Part shown: one piece after another, positions 1 to 13,608 of the stretch
Position numbering within the stretch: the stretch's first letter is position 1
Layout of the letters: the number at the start of each line of letters is the position of its first letter
Source of the DNA: Verrucomicrobiota bacterium
GTDB lineage: Bacteria > Verrucomicrobiota > Verrucomicrobiia > Limisphaerales > AAA164-E04
Direction: 5' to 3'
DNA: 64,000 nucleotides
NCBI GenBank assembly: GCA_047947115.1
Contig: CP170459.1
Coordinates: 5,824,001 to 5,888,000, forward strand
Program-made: the position numbers and the translations under genes
The notes under the pieces: model-generated
What the model saw: only the letters and a program-made list of their open reading frames with translations
The model's database searches: none
What the model was told of the DNA's origin: nothing

Positions 1-232
1 CCTCGGCTTGAACACCTGATTTATTGCGACGAAAATCTACGGTGCGGATTTTCTGTTTATGACCACCACCAATAGCGCGGGCTGTGATGCGACCGTAGCA
101 ATTACGACCACCCGTTTTCTTCTTGATCTTGGTTAGTTTCTTTTCCGGCTTCTTCTTAGTGAGGTTGGAAAAGTCAGCAACCGTTTGAAATCGGCGACCA
201 GGTGTTAACGGTCTAAATGATTTTACTGCCAT
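1..232 (-). CDS. rplB: 50S ribosomal protein L2 (5' part, runs off window)
   Basis: Manual translation from ATG at 232: MAVKSFRPLTPGRRFQTVADFS...GGRNCYGRITARAIGGGHKQKIRTVDFRR; follows rplW. Confidence 0.97.
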   Translation of the reverse strand, partial: MAVKSFRPLTPGRRFQTVADFSNLTKKKPEKKLTKIKKKTGGRNCYGRITARAIGGGHKQKIRTVDFRRNKSGVQAE

Positions 233-247
233 ATTTTGCTCTCCCGA

Positions 248-529
248 TTACGTTAATTCGATTTTGTCACCACTCTTGAGTGTGACCAGGGCTTTCTTCC
301 AGTTAGCTGAACGTCCGGCCTGTTTGGTTCGTTGACGTCGTTTTTTGCCTCTTACATTGATCGTATTCACTCGAACAACAGATACCTTGAACAACTCCTC
401 GACCGCGTCGCGGATCTGAAATTTGTTTGCCCGGGTATCGGCAACAACTGTGTATTGATTAAAATGATGGGACTGGTCTGTGCCTTTTTCGGTCACGCGT
501 ACCGTCTTGATAATATCGTATGCGTTCAT
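248..529 (-). CDS. rplW: 50S ribosomal protein L23
   Basis: TEK...ANKFQIRDAVEELFKVSVVRVNT...WKKALVTL; S10 operon position. Confidence 0.97.
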   Translation of the reverse strand: MNAYDIIKTVRVTEKGTDQSHHFNQYTVVADTRANKFQIRDAVEELFKVSVVRVNTINVRGKKRRQRTKQAGRSANWKKALVTLKSGDKIELT

Positions 530-539
530 GGCCGTCTAA

Positions 540-1163
540 TTAGCTGAGTCTTGATTCCAATCCTGCGATCGCATCTTTAGTCATGACGATGCGATCAAAT
601 TTCAAAGCGTCGTAAGTGTTGAGCGACTGGCTGGTCGTGATTCCAACATAGGGAATATTTCGTGCGGACAGTTGAATATTTTCATCAACGTTTGCCATGA
701 CGAAAAGGGCCGTTCCGTCCACTTTTAAGTTGTTCAGAATATCCACCACAGCCTTTGTTTTGGGCTTTTCGAGGTTTATCTGATCCACAACCACCACTTC
801 TCCGGACTTAATGCGTTCGCTCAGTGCCTTTTTAAGAGCAAGCTTGCGGGTCTTTTTATTGACATCCTTGCGGAAGTCTCTAGGGCGTGGTCCGAAAACA
901 ACACCACCTCCACGCCAGATAGGGGATTGGAAAGAACCGGCACGAGCACGACCTGTTCCCTTTTGGCGCCAGGGCTTTTTACCCGTTCCGGCCACTTCGG
1001 AACGTGTCTTGGCGCAGGCAGTGCCACTCCGCTGTGAAGCCATGTAAGCTACAACGGTATCGTGCACAGCCTGGAGACCTTTCTCATCCTCCTCAATCAG
1101 GTCGAATGGTATTTCCCATTCTTCCAATGATTCGCCTTTTGTATTTTGAATGTTAATCTTCAT
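540..1163 (-). CDS. rplD: 50S ribosomal protein L4
   Basis: KKPWRQKGTGRARAGS...WRGGGVVFGPRPR. Confidence 0.98.
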   Translation of the reverse strand: MKINIQNTKGESLEEWEIPFDLIEEDEKGLQAVHDTVVAYMASQRSGTACAKTRSEVAGTGKKPWRQKGTGRARAGSFQSPIWRGGGVVFGPRPRDFRKDVNKKTRKLALKKALSERIKSGEVVVVDQINLEKPKTKAVVDILNNLKVDGTALFVMANVDENIQLSARNIPYVGITTSQSLNTYDALKFDRIVMTKDAIAGLESRLS

Positions 1164-1184
1164 CTTTAAATCGCCCTTTTATGA

Positions 1185-1829
1185 TTAAGCTTTATTTTTG
1201 GGCTTTTTCTTGGCCTCACGAATGACGATGTAATCACCGTCCGCACCGGGAATAGCTCCTTTAACCAAAAGAAGGTTGTCCTCACCGTGCACCTTAACTA
1301 CTTTCAAATTTTGAACTGTCCGGCGCACCTGGCCCATGTGACCGGGCATCTTTTTGCCTTTGGCAACCCAACCGGGAGTCGAACCGGAACCAATGGAACC
1401 TGGACGACGTTTCCAGCCTTTGGCGCCATGGGTGGCGCGTCCACCACCAAAGTTCCAACGCTTCATCACACCTTGGAATCCGTGTCCTTTAGTGATGCCG
1501 ATGGCGTCAACGAAGTCCCCTTCAGCGAAGCAGTCGTCAACTTTAACAACATCTCCCGACTTGACTTCAAGTGAGAAATCACGAAATTCGCGAATTCTTT
1601 TAAATCCAGTGGACTTGTGTTTGGTAAAATGACCTAAACGGGGCTTTGACAGGCGCTGATCCTTTTGTGGATCGAACGCGAGCTGCACTGCGCTGTAACC
1701 ATCCGTCTCGGGTGTTTTACATTGAATGACATGATTTGGTCCGCATTCGACAATGGTCACATGGACGGCGGCCCCATCGTTGTCATAGACACGGGTTTGA
1801 CCCAATTTTTTGCCAAGTAATCCTAACAT
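1185..1829 (-). CDS. rplC: 50S ribosomal protein L3
   Basis: GKKLGQT, KGHGFQGVMKRWNF, KGKKMPGHMG. Confidence 0.98.
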   Translation of the reverse strand: MLGLLGKKLGQTRVYDNDGAAVHVTIVECGPNHVIQCKTPETDGYSAVQLAFDPQKDQRLSKPRLGHFTKHKSTGFKRIREFRDFSLEVKSGDVVKVDDCFAEGDFVDAIGITKGHGFQGVMKRWNFGGGRATHGAKGWKRRPGSIGSGSTPGWVAKGKKMPGHMGQVRRTVQNLKVVKVHGEDNLLLVKGAIPGADGDYIVIREAKKKPKNKA

Positions 1830-1846
1830 GATCTCGTGTCTTTCCT

Positions 1847-2155
1847 TTAAATTTTAATAGTGATATCCACACCAGCCGGAAGATTTAATTTCTTCAATTC
1901 ATCAACGGTCTTGGCGGTAGGTTCCAAAATATCCAACAAACGCTTGTGTGTACGTTGTTCGAAGGTTTCATGTGATTTTTTATCGACATGAGGCGACCGA
2001 GTCACGGTGAACCTTTCAATGCGTGTTGGCAAAGGAATGGGTCCTGCCACACGTGCCCCGGACCGCTTAACGGTCTCCACAATTTCCTGGGCGGACTGAT
2101 CAATCACGCGATGATCATAAGCCTTCAGGCGAATACGTATTCTTTGTCCTGCCAT
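1847..2155 (-). CDS. rpsJ: 30S ribosomal protein S10
   Basis: [10 protein letters not shown]...GPIPLPT...SPHVDKKS. Confidence 0.99.
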   Translation of the reverse strand: MAGQRIRIRLKAYDHRVIDQSAQEIVETVKRSGARVAGPIPLPTRIERFTVTRSPHVDKKSHETFEQRTHKRLLDILEPTAKTVDELKKLNLPAGVDITIKI

Positions 2156-2188
2156 ATGATATAAAGAACGAGTGTTATTGGTTGTTTC

Positions 2189-4366
2189 TCAGGCTCGATT
2201 CACTGAAGGTGAAATCGAATCCAAAATTGAATTAACGATCTGTGTGGGAACTGGTTCAAATTTATCCGGTTCCATGGAGTAAGATGCCCTTCCCTTGGAC
2301 AATGACCGAACAGCAGTAGCGTATCCAAACATTTCAGCCAAAGGAACCTCAGAATTTAATATGGTCGCTTGCGGTTTCGAATCTATACTCACAATTTTAC
2401 CTCTACGGCGATTTAAATCTCCAAGAATATCGCCCTGATACTCATCCGGAGTAGTGACTTCCACTTTCATAACCGGTTCCAGCAAAATCATGGAGGCTTT
2501 TCGTGCAGCTTCCTTGAAAGCGAAAATACCGGCCATTTTAAAAGCTAATTCATTGGAGTCGACCTCATGGAAACTGCCATCCACGATTTGAACGGATAAA
2601 TCAACCATCGGATAGTTGGCCAATACTCCACCTTTTATGGACTCCTCAATACCGGCTATCACGGCTGGTATGAATTCTTTAGGGATGACACCTCCAACAA
2701 TCTTGTTTTCAACCTTGATTCCTTTACCGCGTTCAGCGGGTTGAATATTGATGATAGCGTGACCGTATTGTCCTCTACCACCAGATTGTCTGATAAATTT
2801 CCCTTCGCCAGTTGCGTCCTTGGTAATGGTTTCTCGATAAGCTATTTGTGGTGCTCCAGCATTTGCATCCACTTTAAATTCGCGCAACAATCGGTCACGA
2901 ATGATTTCCAAGTGCAGTTCCCCCATTCCCGCAATGATGAGCTGACCGGTTTCATCGTTGGTAAAACAACGAAAAGTAGGGTCTTCCTCAGATAGACGCT
3001 GAAGGCCTTCCGACATCTTTTCCCGATCCGCTTTGGTTTTAGGTTCGATCGCCATGGAAATCACTGGCTCAGGAAAAGTCGGCGGCTCCAGGCTGATTTC
3101 GAGATCCTGATTGCAAAGAGTGTCCCCGGTCGTCACGTTCTTGACACCTACAATAGCGACAATATCACCGGAATAAACGGCGTCACACTCAGTTCGCTTG
3201 TCAGCTTGGATCATCAACAAGCGGCTGGCCCGTTCACGCTTACCGGTTCGAGAATTAACAACAGCATCCCCCTTGTTCAAGGTACCCCGGTAAACCCTCA
3301 TAAAGACGAGCTTTCCAACGAAAGGATCGGTCCAAAGCTTAAAAGCAAGTCCACAGAACTTTGCCTTATCATCAGCTTTGATCAGGACTTCTTCTTCCCT
3401 GTTGAGATCGTGAGCTGTTGCAGCAGGCACATCTACCGGTGATGGCAGATAATCAATGACTGCATCAACAACGGCGTGGACCCCCTTGTTCTTGAAGGCA
3501 GACCCGCCTAAAACCGGGACAAATTCAAGTTGGCAGGTTAACCGTCGGATCGCTGCTTTAAGCTCCTCGGCGGGGACCGGTTTTTCTTCCAGGACCAAAT
3601 TCATGATTTGGTCATCTTTGTCCGCAACACCCTCGAGCAAGGATTCGTAAGCAGCCTTGGAACGTTCCTTATGATCACCCGGGATGTCAACAACACTGTA
3701 AGTCAAACCTGTTTTGTCGTTCTCGTCATAAACGACAGCCTTCTGGCTTACGACATCAATCACGCCCTTTAGTTGGTCCTCAGCACCAAGTGGTAAAGCC
3801 ACCGGATAAGCGTATGCACCCAACTTGGTGCGCATGTCATTTAGAGCGTTTTCAAAGTCGGCACCTGTCCGATCCATCTTATTGACGAATGCGATGCGCG
3901 GAACATTATATTTAGTGGCCTGCCGCCAGACGGTTTCAGACTGAGGCTGAACCCCGGCAACGCCACAGAAAACTGCGACAGCCCCGTCCAATACACGCAT
4001 GGACCGCTCTACTTCGGCCGTAAAATCCACATGACCTGGAGTATCAATGATATTGATACGATGTGGCACCTCAATCCAGGATTTAATCAAACCATCGTCT
4101 GCTTGTTTCCAAAAGCAAGTGATGGCAGCGGAGGTAATGGTGATACCGCGCTCCTTTTCCTGAGACATCCAGTCGGTTACGGTGTCACCGTCGTGAACTT
4201 CTCCCATTTTGTGAATGAGTCCTGTGTAAAACAGGATGCGCTCTGTCGTGGTAGTCTTACCAGCATCGATATGCGCCGCAATACCGATATTGCGTGTACG
4301 TTCAAGAGAATATTCGCGGGTAGGCGAATTCAAACTTGAGCGTTCTTGTGTTGCGGCGTGACTCAT
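2189..4366 (-). CDS. fusA: Elongation factor G
   Basis: [31 protein letters not shown]. Confidence 0.99.
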   Translation of the reverse strand: MSHAATQERSSLNSPTREYSLERTRNIGIAAHIDAGKTTTTERILFYTGLIHKMGEVHDGDTVTDWMSQEKERGITITSAAITCFWKQADDGLIKSWIEVPHRINIIDTPGHVDFTAEVERSMRVLDGAVAVFCGVAGVQPQSETVWRQATKYNVPRIAFVNKMDRTGADFENALNDMRTKLGAYAYPVALPLGAEDQLKGVIDVVSQKAVVYDENDKTGLTYSVVDIPGDHKERSKAAYESLLEGVADKDDQIMNLVLEEKPVPAEELKAAIRRLTCQLEFVPVLGGSAFKNKGVHAVVDAVIDYLPSPVDVPAATAHDLNREEEVLIKADDKAKFCGLAFKLWTDPFVGKLVFMRVYRGTLNKGDAVVNSRTGKRERASRLLMIQADKRTECDAVYSGDIVAIVGVKNVTTGDTLCNQDLEISLEPPTFPEPVISMAIEPKTKADREKMSEGLQRLSEEDPTFRCFTNDETGQLIIAGMGELHLEIIRDRLLREFKVDANAGAPQIAYRETITKDATGEGKFIRQSGGRGQYGHAIINIQPAERGKGIKVENKIVGGVIPKEFIPAVIAGIEESIKGGVLANYPMVDLSVQIVDGSFHEVDSNELAFKMAGIFAFKEAARKASMILLEPVMKVEVTTPDEYQGDILGDLNRRRGKIVSIDSKPQATILNSEVPLAEMFGYATAVRSLSKGRASYSMEPDKFEPVPTQIVNSILDSISPSVNRA

Positions 4367-4385
4367 TCAGTCTATTTCAGTAGAG

Positions 4386-4428
4386 AATAAAAAGACCCCG
4401 CAGTGTTCAACAAACCACTTGAGGGGTC
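4386..4428 (-). terminator. Intrinsic-terminator-like hairpin between rpsG and fusA
   Basis: Minus strand GACCCC...AGTG-loop-CACT...GGGGTC followed by TTTTTATT. Confidence 0.6.
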
Positions 4429-4444
4429 GATCTGTGTAGTTATT

Positions 4445-4918
4445 TTACCAACGAAAATGTGCAAAGGCTTTGTTTGCTTGTGCCATTTTGTGAACTTCAT
4501 CGCGGCGACGGATGGAAGAGCCCTGCCCCTGATAGGCATCCATGATTTCATTAGCCAGTGCTTCAGCCATCGGCACACCTTTCCGGGAACCGGCAAACTT
4601 GACAATCCAGCGGATGGCAAGCGCATTCTGCCGTTCGGTCGGAACTTCCATGGGCACTTGGTAGGTGGCACCACCAACACGGCGGGGTTTGACTTCCAGG
4701 CGCGGTTTGGCGTTATCCACTGCACGTTGCAGCAAATCCAACGGACTGGATGCAGGGTTCTTTTCTCCCAGGGTATCCATGGCCCCGTAAACAACTTTTT
4801 GCGCGATGCTTTTCTTACCCTCGATCATGAGGATGCTCACCAAGCGGGCAACCAGTGTGCTGCCGTATTTCGGATCGGCAACCACTTTGCGCTTAACTGC
4901 TCTGCGACGTCTTGACAT
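4445..4918 (-). CDS. rpsG: 30S ribosomal protein S7
   Basis: RRVGGATYQVP, HKMAQANKAFAHFRW. Confidence 0.99.
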   Translation of the reverse strand: MSRRRRAVKRKVVADPKYGSTLVARLVSILMIEGKKSIAQKVVYGAMDTLGEKNPASSPLDLLQRAVDNAKPRLEVKPRRVGGATYQVPMEVPTERQNALAIRWIVKFAGSRKGVPMAEALANEIMDAYQGQGSSIRRRDEVHKMAQANKAFAHFRW

Positions 4919-4937
4919 ATTAGTATATTAAAAAACC

Positions 4938-5324
4938 TTAGCTCTTTTTCTGCTCTTTAGGCCGCTTAACACCGTATTTGGAACGGCTTACTCGACGCTT
5001 TTCAACACCGTTTGCATCCAGGGCACCACGCACAACGTGGTAGCGCACACCGGGCAAATCTTTCACACGACCACCTCGTATCAAAACGATACTGTGTTCC
5101 TGTAGGTTATGTCCCTCGTCGGGAATATAAGCGATTACTTCGTATCCATTCGTCAGGCGAACTTTCGCCACTTTACGCATGGCGGAGTTTGGCTTCTTGG
5201 GTGTACGTGTCATGACTTGAACACAGACACCGCGACGAAACGGGCAATTCTCCAAAGCCGGCGAAGTCGACTTCACTTTAATCTTTTTACGTCCCTTACG
5301 GACAAGCTGATTAATGGTTGGCAT
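4938..5324 (-). CDS. rpsL: 30S ribosomal protein S12 (start trimmed to MPTINQL)
   Basis: [30 protein letters not shown]. Confidence 0.99.
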   Translation of the reverse strand: MPTINQLVRKGRKKIKVKSTSPALENCPFRRGVCVQVMTRTPKKPNSAMRKVAKVRLTNGYEVIAYIPDEGHNLQEHSIVLIRGGRVKDLPGVRYHVVRGALDANGVEKRRVSRSKYGVKRPKEQKKS

Positions 5325-5384
5325 TTGCGATTTTAGTATAAATTCCAATAAGCCCAGTCTCTGCTCCCGAGAAATGGAGGGCAG

Positions 5385-5412
5385 ATATTATCAAAGGCCT
5401 TTCTCCATGCAA
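5385..5412 (-). promoter_or_regulatory. Putative sigma70 promoter of rpsL operon
   Basis: TTGCAT-16 nt-TAATAT with AT-rich upstream region. Confidence 0.5.
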
Positions 5413-5451
5413 GAGATTATTTGAATTATTTTAATTTAATTTTTTGTCCCA

Positions 5452-8400
5452 TTATCCTGCAACCGGCTCATCCACTTCAGAAGTTGGTTCTTCTTCAATT
5501 TCAGGCGGTTCCACGAGCGGGCTTACTTTAATGTTTCGATGTTTGGGATATCCCGATCCAGCCGGAATGATGTGTCCCATGATGACATTTTCTTTAAATC
5601 CACGCAGGTAATCAACTTTACCCATCGTGGCGGCATCCGTCAGCACACGTGTCGTGTCCTGGAATGAGGCTGCACTGAGGAAACTTTCTGTTTCCAACGA
5701 AGCTTTTGTGATCCCCAAAAGAACCGGCGAAGCATCGGCAGGTTGTCCTCCCATATCTTCGACACGCTTGTTCTCTCGCTCAAAAATGGTTCGTTCCACC
5801 TGCTCACCCCAAAGGAAGATAGAATCGCCAGGTTCGGTAACACGCACCTTACGAAGCATCTGACGCACGATAATCTCTATGTGCTTGTCATTAATCGTCA
5901 CCCCCTGGAGACGATAAACTTCCTGCACTTCATTTACCAGATGTTCCTGCAATTCCTGAGGTCCGCAGACTTCCAAAATTTCATGTGGCACCACAGGTCC
6001 TTCCGTCAATTGCTGCCCCTTCTTGACGTAGTCCCCCTTGAATACAATGACATGTTTAGCAATCGCAACCAAGTGCTCCTCTTCCGTTCCGGAATCCGGA
6101 TCACGAATAATGATGCAACGTTTACCACGCACACTCGGACCAAAATCAATAATGCCGTCCATTTTTGCAATTTCAGCAGCGTCCTTCGGACGGCGAGCCT
6201 CAAACAGCTCGGCAACACGCGGAAGACCACCGGTAATATCCTTGGTCTTACTCGTTTTACGAGGTGTTTTGGCCATCAATGCACCAGCAGGAATCTTGTT
6301 GTTTTCATGCACCACAATGTGTGCCCCGGATGGAATAGGGTAATTTGCAAGAACCTCACCATTCTTGGATTCAAGGATCATGATCTGCGGGTGCAGATCC
6401 TCCTTGTGGTCAATAACAACCATGGCCTCCTGCCCCGTGGTTTCATCCACCTCCTGCTTCATGGTCACCCCCTCAATGATATCGTGGAACTTCACATAAC
6501 CGGCGCGTTCCGACAAGATGGGCACATTGTATGGATCCCACTGAACGAAGGTCTGTCCTTTTTTCACTTTCCCACCATTCTCAACAAGGATCACAGATCC
6601 TATAATGATATTGTGTGTTTCGAGTTCACGCCCTTCTTCATCCAACAACAAAATCGAACCGTTTTTATTCAGCACAATATTGTTTCCGTCTTCCAATTCC
6701 ACACATCTCAAATCACTGTAAACCACCTTTGCATCGTGTTTGGATTTGATCTGGGGTTGTTTGAAAATCTGTGATGCTGTCCCACCAATGTGAAAGGTAC
6801 GCATGGTAAGCTGAGTTCCGGGCTCACCGATGGACTGAGCGGCAATAATCCCTACTGCCTCGCCTTCCTTGACTTGGAGTCCGGTGGCCAGGTTGCGCCC
6901 ATAGCATTTAGCACACAAACCAACATCTGATTCACAAGTCAGAACGGATCGGATCTTGACTCGCTCAATGCCTGCGGAATCTACTGCCTTGGCCTTGACT
7001 TCATCAATTTCGTCATTGGCTTTCACGATGACGTTTTTCACGTCACTGGGATCGACGATATCGTCACAAGAAACACGCCCGACCAGACGTTCACTCAGTT
7101 TGACTACTTCATCTTCTCCCTCGTAAATGGCTGACACCCAGATACCATTGGATGTCTCACAGTTTTCTTCTCTCACAATGACGTCCTGGGCAACATCCAC
7201 CAATTTACGCGTCATGTAACCTGAGTCCGCAGTTTTCAACGCTGTATCAGCAAGTCCCTTACGAGCACCGTGTGTTGAAATGAAGTATTCCAAAACAGTC
7301 AAACCCTCACGGAAGTTCGAGAGAATCGGTTTTTCAATAATATCCCCGGATGGTTTGGCCATCAAACCACGAATACCAGCTAACTGGCGCACTTGCTGAC
7401 GATTACCACGAGCACCGGAATCAACCATCAGGTAAACAGGATTATATTCATCCTTACTTTGATTCGCCTGAAGTGTGCGAAGCATCACGTTTGAAATCTG
7501 GTCCGTGCAATGGGTCCAAATATCGATGATCTTGTTATACCGCTCACCCGGAGTGATCACACCCCTACGGTATTGATTTTCAACTTCCTGAATCTGGTCC
7601 TGAGCTGCACTGATTTCCTGATTCTTCTCAACAGGAATGATCATGTCATCAATACCAATGGAAACACCCGCCTTGGTCGCTTCACGGAAACCAAGTTCCT
7701 TCAAGCGGTCAAGCGTGGCGACAGTTTCTTCGTGACCACACACCTTGTAACAATTCCAGATCAGATCGCCAATTTGACCTTTACCGATGGCTTTGTTTGG
7801 AAAACCAAGTTTGGATGGCCAGATCTCACTGAAAACGACTCGACCAACGGTGGTCTCGATGACTTTTTTCTCCTTGTCTCCGTAAACGGTGTCCTGCCCG
7901 TAGTCAGGGTTGACAAGCATAACGCGTGAATGTGTGTTTAGTTCCCCATCATCGTAGGCAAAAATAGCTTCTTCTTTTGACCCAAACAAACTCAGTCGTT
8001 TATCCTTCTTCTTCGGTTCGCGTGGTTCAGCAGTCAGATAATAGCAACCCAAGGTGATATCCTGGGTCGGCGTCATGATTGGCTTTCCGCTGGACGGACT
8101 GAAAATATTGTTGGGAGCCATCATCAGGAGTCGTGCTTCCATCTGCGCCTCCACTGACAAAGGCACATGGACAGCCATTTGGTCACCGTCGAAATCCGCG
8201 TTGTAGGCTGTGCAGACCAGAGGATGTACACGAATAGCTTCACCTTCAATTAAGACAGGTTCAAACGCCTGAATGGAAAGGCGGTGCAAAGTGGGAGCAC
8301 GATTCAGCAGTACAGGATGTCCCTTGGTCACTTCTTCCAGGATATCCCAAACCTCAGGAGACTGACGCTCGATCATTTTCTTGGCGGAACGAACGGTATG

Positions 8401-9585
8401 AACGTAGCCAAGTTCTTTTAATCTTCTGATAATGAAGGGTTCAAAAAGCACCAGTGCCATCTTCTTCGGCAACCCGCATTGGTGCAGCTTGAGTTCGGGC
8501 CCGATCACAATGACCGAACGTCCAGAGTAATCAACACGTTTACCGAGCAAGTTCTGACGGAAACGTCCACTTTTCCCCTTAAGCATGTCGCTCAGAGATT
8601 TCAAAGGACGATTCCCAGCCCCGGTGACAGCCCGGCCATGACGACCGTTGTCAAAGAGAGCGTCGACGGCTTCCTGAAGCATGCGCTTTTCATTGCGAAT
8701 GATCACCTCAGGAGTTTTCAGCTGAAGCAGGTTTTTGAGACGATTGTTTCGATTGATGACACGACGATACAGATCATTCAGATCTGATGTTGCAAATCGT
8801 CCACCTTCCAACGGCACCAAGGGCCGCAAGTCAGGAGGGATCACAGGCAAAACCACTAGAATCATCCATTCCGGACGAGTCTTACTGGCAATAAATCCCT
8901 GATAAAGTTTGATACGCTTGGCAAGCTTCTTACGGATTTGCTTGCTACGCGTTTCGGTCATCGCAATCTGAAGCTCATCAACCTGAGCATCCATTTCGAC
9001 AGACTCAAGAGCCTTTCGTACAGCTCCAGCCCCCATTTCCGCTTCAAAGGCATCGGAACCATAGGTCTCACGAGCTTCGCGGTATTCCATTTCACTTAAA
9101 AGTTGATGCTTCTTGAGAGGTGTCGTTCCCGGCTCGATGACCAGGTAATCTTCGTAGTAAACCACACGCTCCAGTTCACGTGCGGTCATGTCCAGAATCA
9201 GACCGATACGAGAAGGCATGCATTTAAAAAACCAGATATGGGAAACTGGGACGGCTAATTCAATATGTCCCATGCGTTCGCGTCGAACGCGGGACAAGGT
9301 GACCTCAACACCACAGCGGTCACACACAACGCCACGATGCTTGATGCGTTTGTATTTTCCACAGGAACATTCCCAGTCCTTAACGGGACCGAAAATGCGT
9401 TCGCAGAACAACCCGCCTTTTTCGGGTTTGAAAGTTCTGTAGTTGATGGTTTCCGGATTCTTGACCTCGCCTTTGGACCAGGAACGGATCGATTCGGGTG
9501 AGGCAACGGTGATACTGATGTGATCCACCAAGTTAACTTGTTCCAACCCGAACAATTCGCGTGTGCTATTTCTGCTTTCGATCAT
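5452..9585 (-). CDS. rpoC: RNA polymerase beta' subunit
   Basis: NADFDGD catalytic motif, N-terminal Zn-binding Cys, 1377 aa. Confidence 0.99.
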   Translation of the reverse strand: MIESRNSTRELFGLEQVNLVDHISITVASPESIRSWSKGEVKNPETINYRTFKPEKGGLFCERIFGPVKDWECSCGKYKRIKHRGVVCDRCGVEVTLSRVRRERMGHIELAVPVSHIWFFKCMPSRIGLILDMTARELERVVYYEDYLVIEPGTTPLKKHQLLSEMEYREARETYGSDAFEAEMGAGAVRKALESVEMDAQVDELQIAMTETRSKQIRKKLAKRIKLYQGFIASKTRPEWMILVVLPVIPPDLRPLVPLEGGRFATSDLNDLYRRVINRNNRLKNLLQLKTPEVIIRNEKRMLQEAVDALFDNGRHGRAVTGAGNRPLKSLSDMLKGKSGRFRQNLLGKRVDYSGRSVIVIGPELKLHQCGLPKKMALVLFEPFIIRRLKELGYVHTVRSAKKMIERQSPEVWDILEEVTKGHPVLLNRAPTLHRLSIQAFEPVLIEGEAIRVHPLVCTAYNADFDGDQMAVHVPLSVEAQMEARLLMMAPNNIFSPSSGKPIMTPTQDITLGCYYLTAEPREPKKKDKRLSLFGSKEEAIFAYDDGELNTHSRVMLVNPDYGQDTVYGDKEKKVIETTVGRVVFSEIWPSKLGFPNKAIGKGQIGDLIWNCYKVCGHEETVATLDRLKELGFREATKAGVSIGIDDMIIPVEKNQEISAAQDQIQEVENQYRRGVITPGERYNKIIDIWTHCTDQISNVMLRTLQANQSKDEYNPVYLMVDSGARGNRQQVRQLAGIRGLMAKPSGDIIEKPILSNFREGLTVLEYFISTHGARKGLADTALKTADSGYMTRKLVDVAQDVIVREENCETSNGIWVSAIYEGEDEVVKLSERLVGRVSCDDIVDPSDVKNVIVKANDEIDEVKAKAVDSAGIERVKIRSVLTCESDVGLCAKCYGRNLATGLQVKEGEAVGIIAAQSIGEPGTQLTMRTFHIGGTASQIFKQPQIKSKHDAKVVYSDLRCVELEDGNNIVLNKNGSILLLDEEGRELETHNIIIGSVILVENGGKVKKGQTFVQWDPYNVPILSERAGYVKFHDIIEGVTMKQEVDETTGQEAMVVIDHKEDLHPQIMILESKNGEVLANYPIPSGAHIVVHENNKIPAGALMAKTPRKTSKTKDITGGLPRVAELFEARRPKDAAEIAKMDGIIDFGPSVRGKRCIIIRDPDSGTEEEHLVAIAKHVIVFKGDYVKKGQQLTEGPVVPHEILEVCGPQELQEHLVNEVQEVYRLQGVTINDKHIEIIVRQMLRKVRVTEPGDSIFLWGEQVERTIFERENKRVEDMGGQPADASPVLLGITKASLETESFLSAASFQDTTRVLTDAATMGKVDYLRGFKENVIMGHIIPAGSGYPKHRNIKVSPLVEPPEIEEEPTSEVDEPVAG

Positions 9586-9631
9586 GGGTGTTCTTTGAAA
9601 TCAATTGTTTGCGTTCTGTTCCTCTATACGA

Positions 9632-12600
9632 TTATCCCATCGCCGAGAGACTCGATGGCACTGACCTTAGTTCGGCATCCGGATCAATTTCCTCCGGTTC
9701 ATATCCCACATTCACATCCATACCGAGTGATTGAATTTCCTTGACCAAGACGTTGAATGATTCTGGAACGCCCGCATCCAGTGAATTGTCCCCCTTGACA
9801 ATGCTTTCATAAATTCGAGTACGACCCTGGACATCGTCCGATTTGACAGTCAGAAGTTCCTGCAACGCATAAGCGGCACCATATGCTTCCATTGCCCACA
9901 CTTCCATTTCACCGAATCGCTGACCACCATATTGAGCCTTACCGCCCAATGGCTGTTGGGTAACCAACGAATAAGGTCCAACGGCTCGGGCATGGATCTT
10001 GTCAGCCACCAAGTGACCAAGTTTGAGCATGTAAATATAACCGACGACAACCTCTTGGTCGAAACGATCCCCCGTACGACCATCATAAAGATGAGTCTTG
10101 GCATGGTCGGGCAGGTTGGCTTCTTTCAAATAACCACGCACTTCCGACTCCTTGATACCATCGAATACAGGCGTTGCAAATTTGATCCCCAAGACCCTAG
10201 CTGCCCATCCCAAGTGAGTTTCGAGCAACTGCCCCACATTCATGCGAGAGGGAACCCCCAGAGGGTTCAAGACAATATCAACAGGAGTTCCGTCTGCCAT
10301 GAATGGCATGTCTTCTTCCGGCACGATTTTGGCAACAACACCTTTGTTACCGTGACGTCCCGCCATCTTGTCACCCACAGACAATTTTCGTTTTGATGCG
10401 ATGAAAACCTTCACCGATTTGATGATGCCGGTTTCCATGTCATCCCCGGATTCAACACGTTCCATTTCTTCATCGTGCTGCATCTGGAGATCATCAAAAC
10501 GCTTCTTGTAGGCGCTGATGATTTCATTGATTTTGTTGCGAATGGGTGATGGGTCGATTTCAATGCGATCGTAAACACTCGCCAGTTTGCGCAAGAGGGT
10601 CTTGGTGATCTTGCGATTCGCTGGAATAATGATTTCACCCGTTTCGGAATTAACCACATCCAAAGGGATTTTTTCACCAAGGAGAATGTTACTCAGGGAC
10701 TCAGTCAGCTGTTCCCTCAAATCATCAATTTTTTTCTTGTGTTCATCCTCAACCTGCTTGGCATGCTTTTTGGCTTCGGAATTTGAGACTTTGACGGTCC
10801 GTTCCGATTCCTTCTTGGCAGAAACCTTCACATCCATCACGATACCGTAAGTTCCGGAAGGAACTTTCAGTGATGTATCCTTAACATCTGCAGCTTTTTC
10901 CCCGAAAATGGCGCGAAGAAGTCGTTCCTCTGGTGCAAGTTCGGTTTCGCTTTTAGGCGTGATTTTACCCACAAGAATATCCCCGGGTTTCACCTCGGCG
11001 CCAACACGAATGACCCCGTCCAGTCCGAGATTCTTTAGGGCATCTTCGCCCAGATTGGGAATGTCCCGCGTGATTTCCTCCGGCCCCAGCTTGGTGTCAC
11101 GGGCACTGACCTCAAACTCATCCACATGAATGGAAGTGTAAACGTCGTCTTTGACGATGCGCTGGCTGATTAGAATGGCGTCCTCAAAGTTGTAGCCATT
11201 CCAGGGCATGAAGGCGCACAAGACGTTTTTGCCTAGAGCCAATTCACCATTCTCAGTAGACGGACCATCTGCCAGAACATCCCCTACCTTAATTTTTTGA
11301 CCATTGTGGACCAGAGCTTTCTGATTGATACATGTGGCCGCATTGGAACGCATGAACTTTCGCAAGCGATATATGCTGATTCCATTTGCAGGATCATGCT
11401 TCAATTTCTTCTTACCGTCTGGAAGTGTCCCATCTTTGGTGATAACAATTTGATTACCAGAAACGGAGGCAACCACACCAGCTTCTTCAGCCACCAACAC
11501 GGCACGTGAATCACGGGCCACCTTTGATTCTAGTCCTGTAGCAACCAAAGGAGCCTCGGTCACCAACAGAGGAACTGCCTGGCGTTGCATGTTCGATCCC
11601 ATCAGAGCACGGTTTGCATCATCGTGTTCAAGGAAAGGAATCAAACCGGCAGCCACCGAAACCAGCTGCTTTGGAGATACGTCCATGTAATCGACACGAT
11701 CAGGAGGAACATCAATAAAATCGCCCTTGCAACGGCACATGACACGCTCGTTGAGGAATTTTCCTTTCTCATCAATTGGAGCATTCGCCTGTGCCACGAT
11801 GAACTGCTCCTCACGGTCGGCGGTCAAGTAGTCCAAATGTGTTGTAACACGACCGTCGACAACTTTTCGATAGGGCGTTTCGATGAATCCGAAGTCATTC
11901 ACACGGGCAAATGTTGCGAGTGAAGCAATCAAACCAATGTTTGGACCTTCAGGCGTTTCAATCGGGCAAATACGTCCGTAATGAGATGGATGCACGTCAC
12001 GCACTTCAAAACCGGCGCGATCACGACTCAAACCACCAGGCCCGAGGGCTGAAAGTCGTCGTTTATGAGTAAGTTCGGCCAACGGGTTTATCTGATCCAT
12101 GAACTGCGACAACTGGCTGCGTCCAAAAAAGTCGCGAATCACGGCAGAGAGAGCTTTAGGATTGATCAACTTTTGGGGAGTCATGGTGTCCAATCCCTGA
12201 TCGAACAATGTCATACGTTCCTTGACCAGGCGCTCTGTTCGAGCCAAACCGACGCGGCACTGATTGGCCAACAATTCACCAACCGTACGAACACGCCGAC
12301 TACCCAGATGATCAATATCATCCAGGGTTCCCTCACCCTTCTTCAACTTCAAAAGATACTTGGTCGCTGCCACCAAATCCTCTTTCTCTAGAACACGAGA
12401 ATCTTTGTTCAATTCAAGGTTGAGCTTCTGAGTGATTTTATAACGGCCCACGCGTCCCAAATCATAGCGTTTTGGATCGAAGAAGAGACGTTTGAGCAAA
12501 GCGCGCGCATTGGCAGCAGTGGGAGGATCGCCAGGACGCAAACGACGATAAATGTCCTTGAGAGCTTCCTCTTCATTCGTGGTGGGATCCTTTTTGAGAC

Positions 12601-13465
12601 ATTTGATGATGATGCCATCATCAATGCTTGTATCGACCACCTTAATTTTCTTGAGACCAAGATTTGCGATTTCACGCACCACGGCAGCGGACATTGGCTC
12701 AAACGCACGGGCAACGACGGCACCTTTATCGAGATCAAGCACATCCTCAATGAGTACTTTATTCTGAATATCCTCCAACTTGGCCGCGACTTTGACACTG
12801 ATGTCTTCGATATCATAGAACAACCGAAGAATATCAGCGTCTGTTCCATAGCCCAGTGCACGGAAAAAGGTGGTCGTTAAAAATTTACGGCGGCGCTTTT
12901 TGCGGTCGAGATACACGAACAAAAGATCATTCGTATCAAATTGAGCCTCGTACCAGGAACCACGGTCTGGAATGATTCGGAAAGAATGCATTGTCTTTCC
13001 ATTGGGATGCTGAGAGGCTTCGAATGCCAAACCTGGTGATCGGTGAAGCTGACTGACAATAACACGCTCGGCGCCATTGATGACAAAGCTTCCTTGGGGC
13101 GTGATCAGAGGTAGTTCACCCATGAATACCTTTTCCTCTTTCGTGCCCTGTTCGTCTCTCAAACGAAAGCTGACATGGAGCGGCGCGCCGAATGTTACTC
13201 CCTCACGGAGACATTCAAGCCAATCCAGCTTAGGCTCACCGATTTCATAGTGACTGAATTCCAGCACACATTTACCATCATAACTTTCAATCGGAAAGAC
13301 TTCATTAAAAACCGCTTGAAGACCAAGATTTTCTCGTTTCTTGGGGTCGATGTCTGATTGAAGGAATTCCGCGTAGGAATCGTTCTGCACTTCAATCAGA
13401 TTCGGAGGCGTGATAACCTCTTTGATTTTTCCGAAATTGATTCGTTCAGATGTTTTTGATGGCAT
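9632..13465 (-). CDS. rpoB: RNA polymerase beta subunit
   Basis: [29 protein letters not shown]. Confidence 0.99.
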   Translation of the reverse strand: MPSKTSERINFGKIKEVITPPNLIEVQNDSYAEFLQSDIDPKKRENLGLQAVFNEVFPIESYDGKCVLEFSHYEIGEPKLDWLECLREGVTFGAPLHVSFRLRDEQGTKEEKVFMGELPLITPQGSFVINGAERVIVSQLHRSPGLAFEASQHPNGKTMHSFRIIPDRGSWYEAQFDTNDLLFVYLDRKKRRRKFLTTTFFRALGYGTDADILRLFYDIEDISVKVAAKLEDIQNKVLIEDVLDLDKGAVVARAFEPMSAAVVREIANLGLKKIKVVDTSIDDGIIIKCLKKDPTTNEEEALKDIYRRLRPGDPPTAANARALLKRLFFDPKRYDLGRVGRYKITQKLNLELNKDSRVLEKEDLVAATKYLLKLKKGEGTLDDIDHLGSRRVRTVGELLANQCRVGLARTERLVKERMTLFDQGLDTMTPQKLINPKALSAVIRDFFGRSQLSQFMDQINPLAELTHKRRLSALGPGGLSRDRAGFEVRDVHPSHYGRICPIETPEGPNIGLIASLATFARVNDFGFIETPYRKVVDGRVTTHLDYLTADREEQFIVAQANAPIDEKGKFLNERVMCRCKGDFIDVPPDRVDYMDVSPKQLVSVAAGLIPFLEHDDANRALMGSNMQRQAVPLLVTEAPLVATGLESKVARDSRAVLVAEEAGVVASVSGNQIVITKDGTLPDGKKKLKHDPANGISIYRLRKFMRSNAATCINQKALVHNGQKIKVGDVLADGPSTENGELALGKNVLCAFMPWNGYNFEDAILISQRIVKDDVYTSIHVDEFEVSARDTKLGPEEITRDIPNLGEDALKNLGLDGVIRVGAEVKPGDILVGKITPKSETELAPEERLLRAIFGEKAADVKDTSLKVPSGTYGIVMDVKVSAKKESERTVKVSNSEAKKHAKQVEDEHKKKIDDLREQLTESLSNILLGEKIPLDVVNSETGEIIIPANRKITKTLLRKLASVYDRIEIDPSPIRNKINEIISAYKKRFDDLQMQHDEEMERVESGDDMETGIIKSVKVFIASKRKLSVGDKMAGRHGNKGVVAKIVPEEDMPFMADGTPVDIVLNPLGVPSRMNVGQLLETHLGWAARVLGIKFATPVFDGIKESEVRGYLKEANLPDHAKTHLYDGRTGDRFDQEVVVGYIYMLKLGHLVADKIHARAVGPYSLVTQQPLGGKAQYGGQRFGEMEVWAMEAYGAAYALQELLTVKSDDVQGRTRIYESIVKGDNSLDAGVPESFNVLVKEIQSLGMDVNVGYEPEEIDPDAELRSVPSSLSAMG

Positions 13466-13608
13466 GGTGACCTTATTGATAACTCAGTTCATGATCGGGA
13501 AGCCAGCGCTTACCCATTTATTTTCAGGAGACGAAACAGGTCCGCAGCTCTCAAATGCTGAGTGCTTGCGGACTTGCTGAAACAAGCGTTGACAAACTTT
13601 TGTCAAAG

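Noticed and set aside
5743..6774. 343-aa ORF antisense to rpoC (likewise 17228-18085 opposite tuf, 27707-28747, 38382-39299)
   Set aside because: Antisense shadows of well-supported genes.
12030..12140. rpoB rifampicin-resistance region variants
   Set aside because: Key residues (Q, D, H, R, S in SQFMDQ...THKRRLSAL) are canonical.
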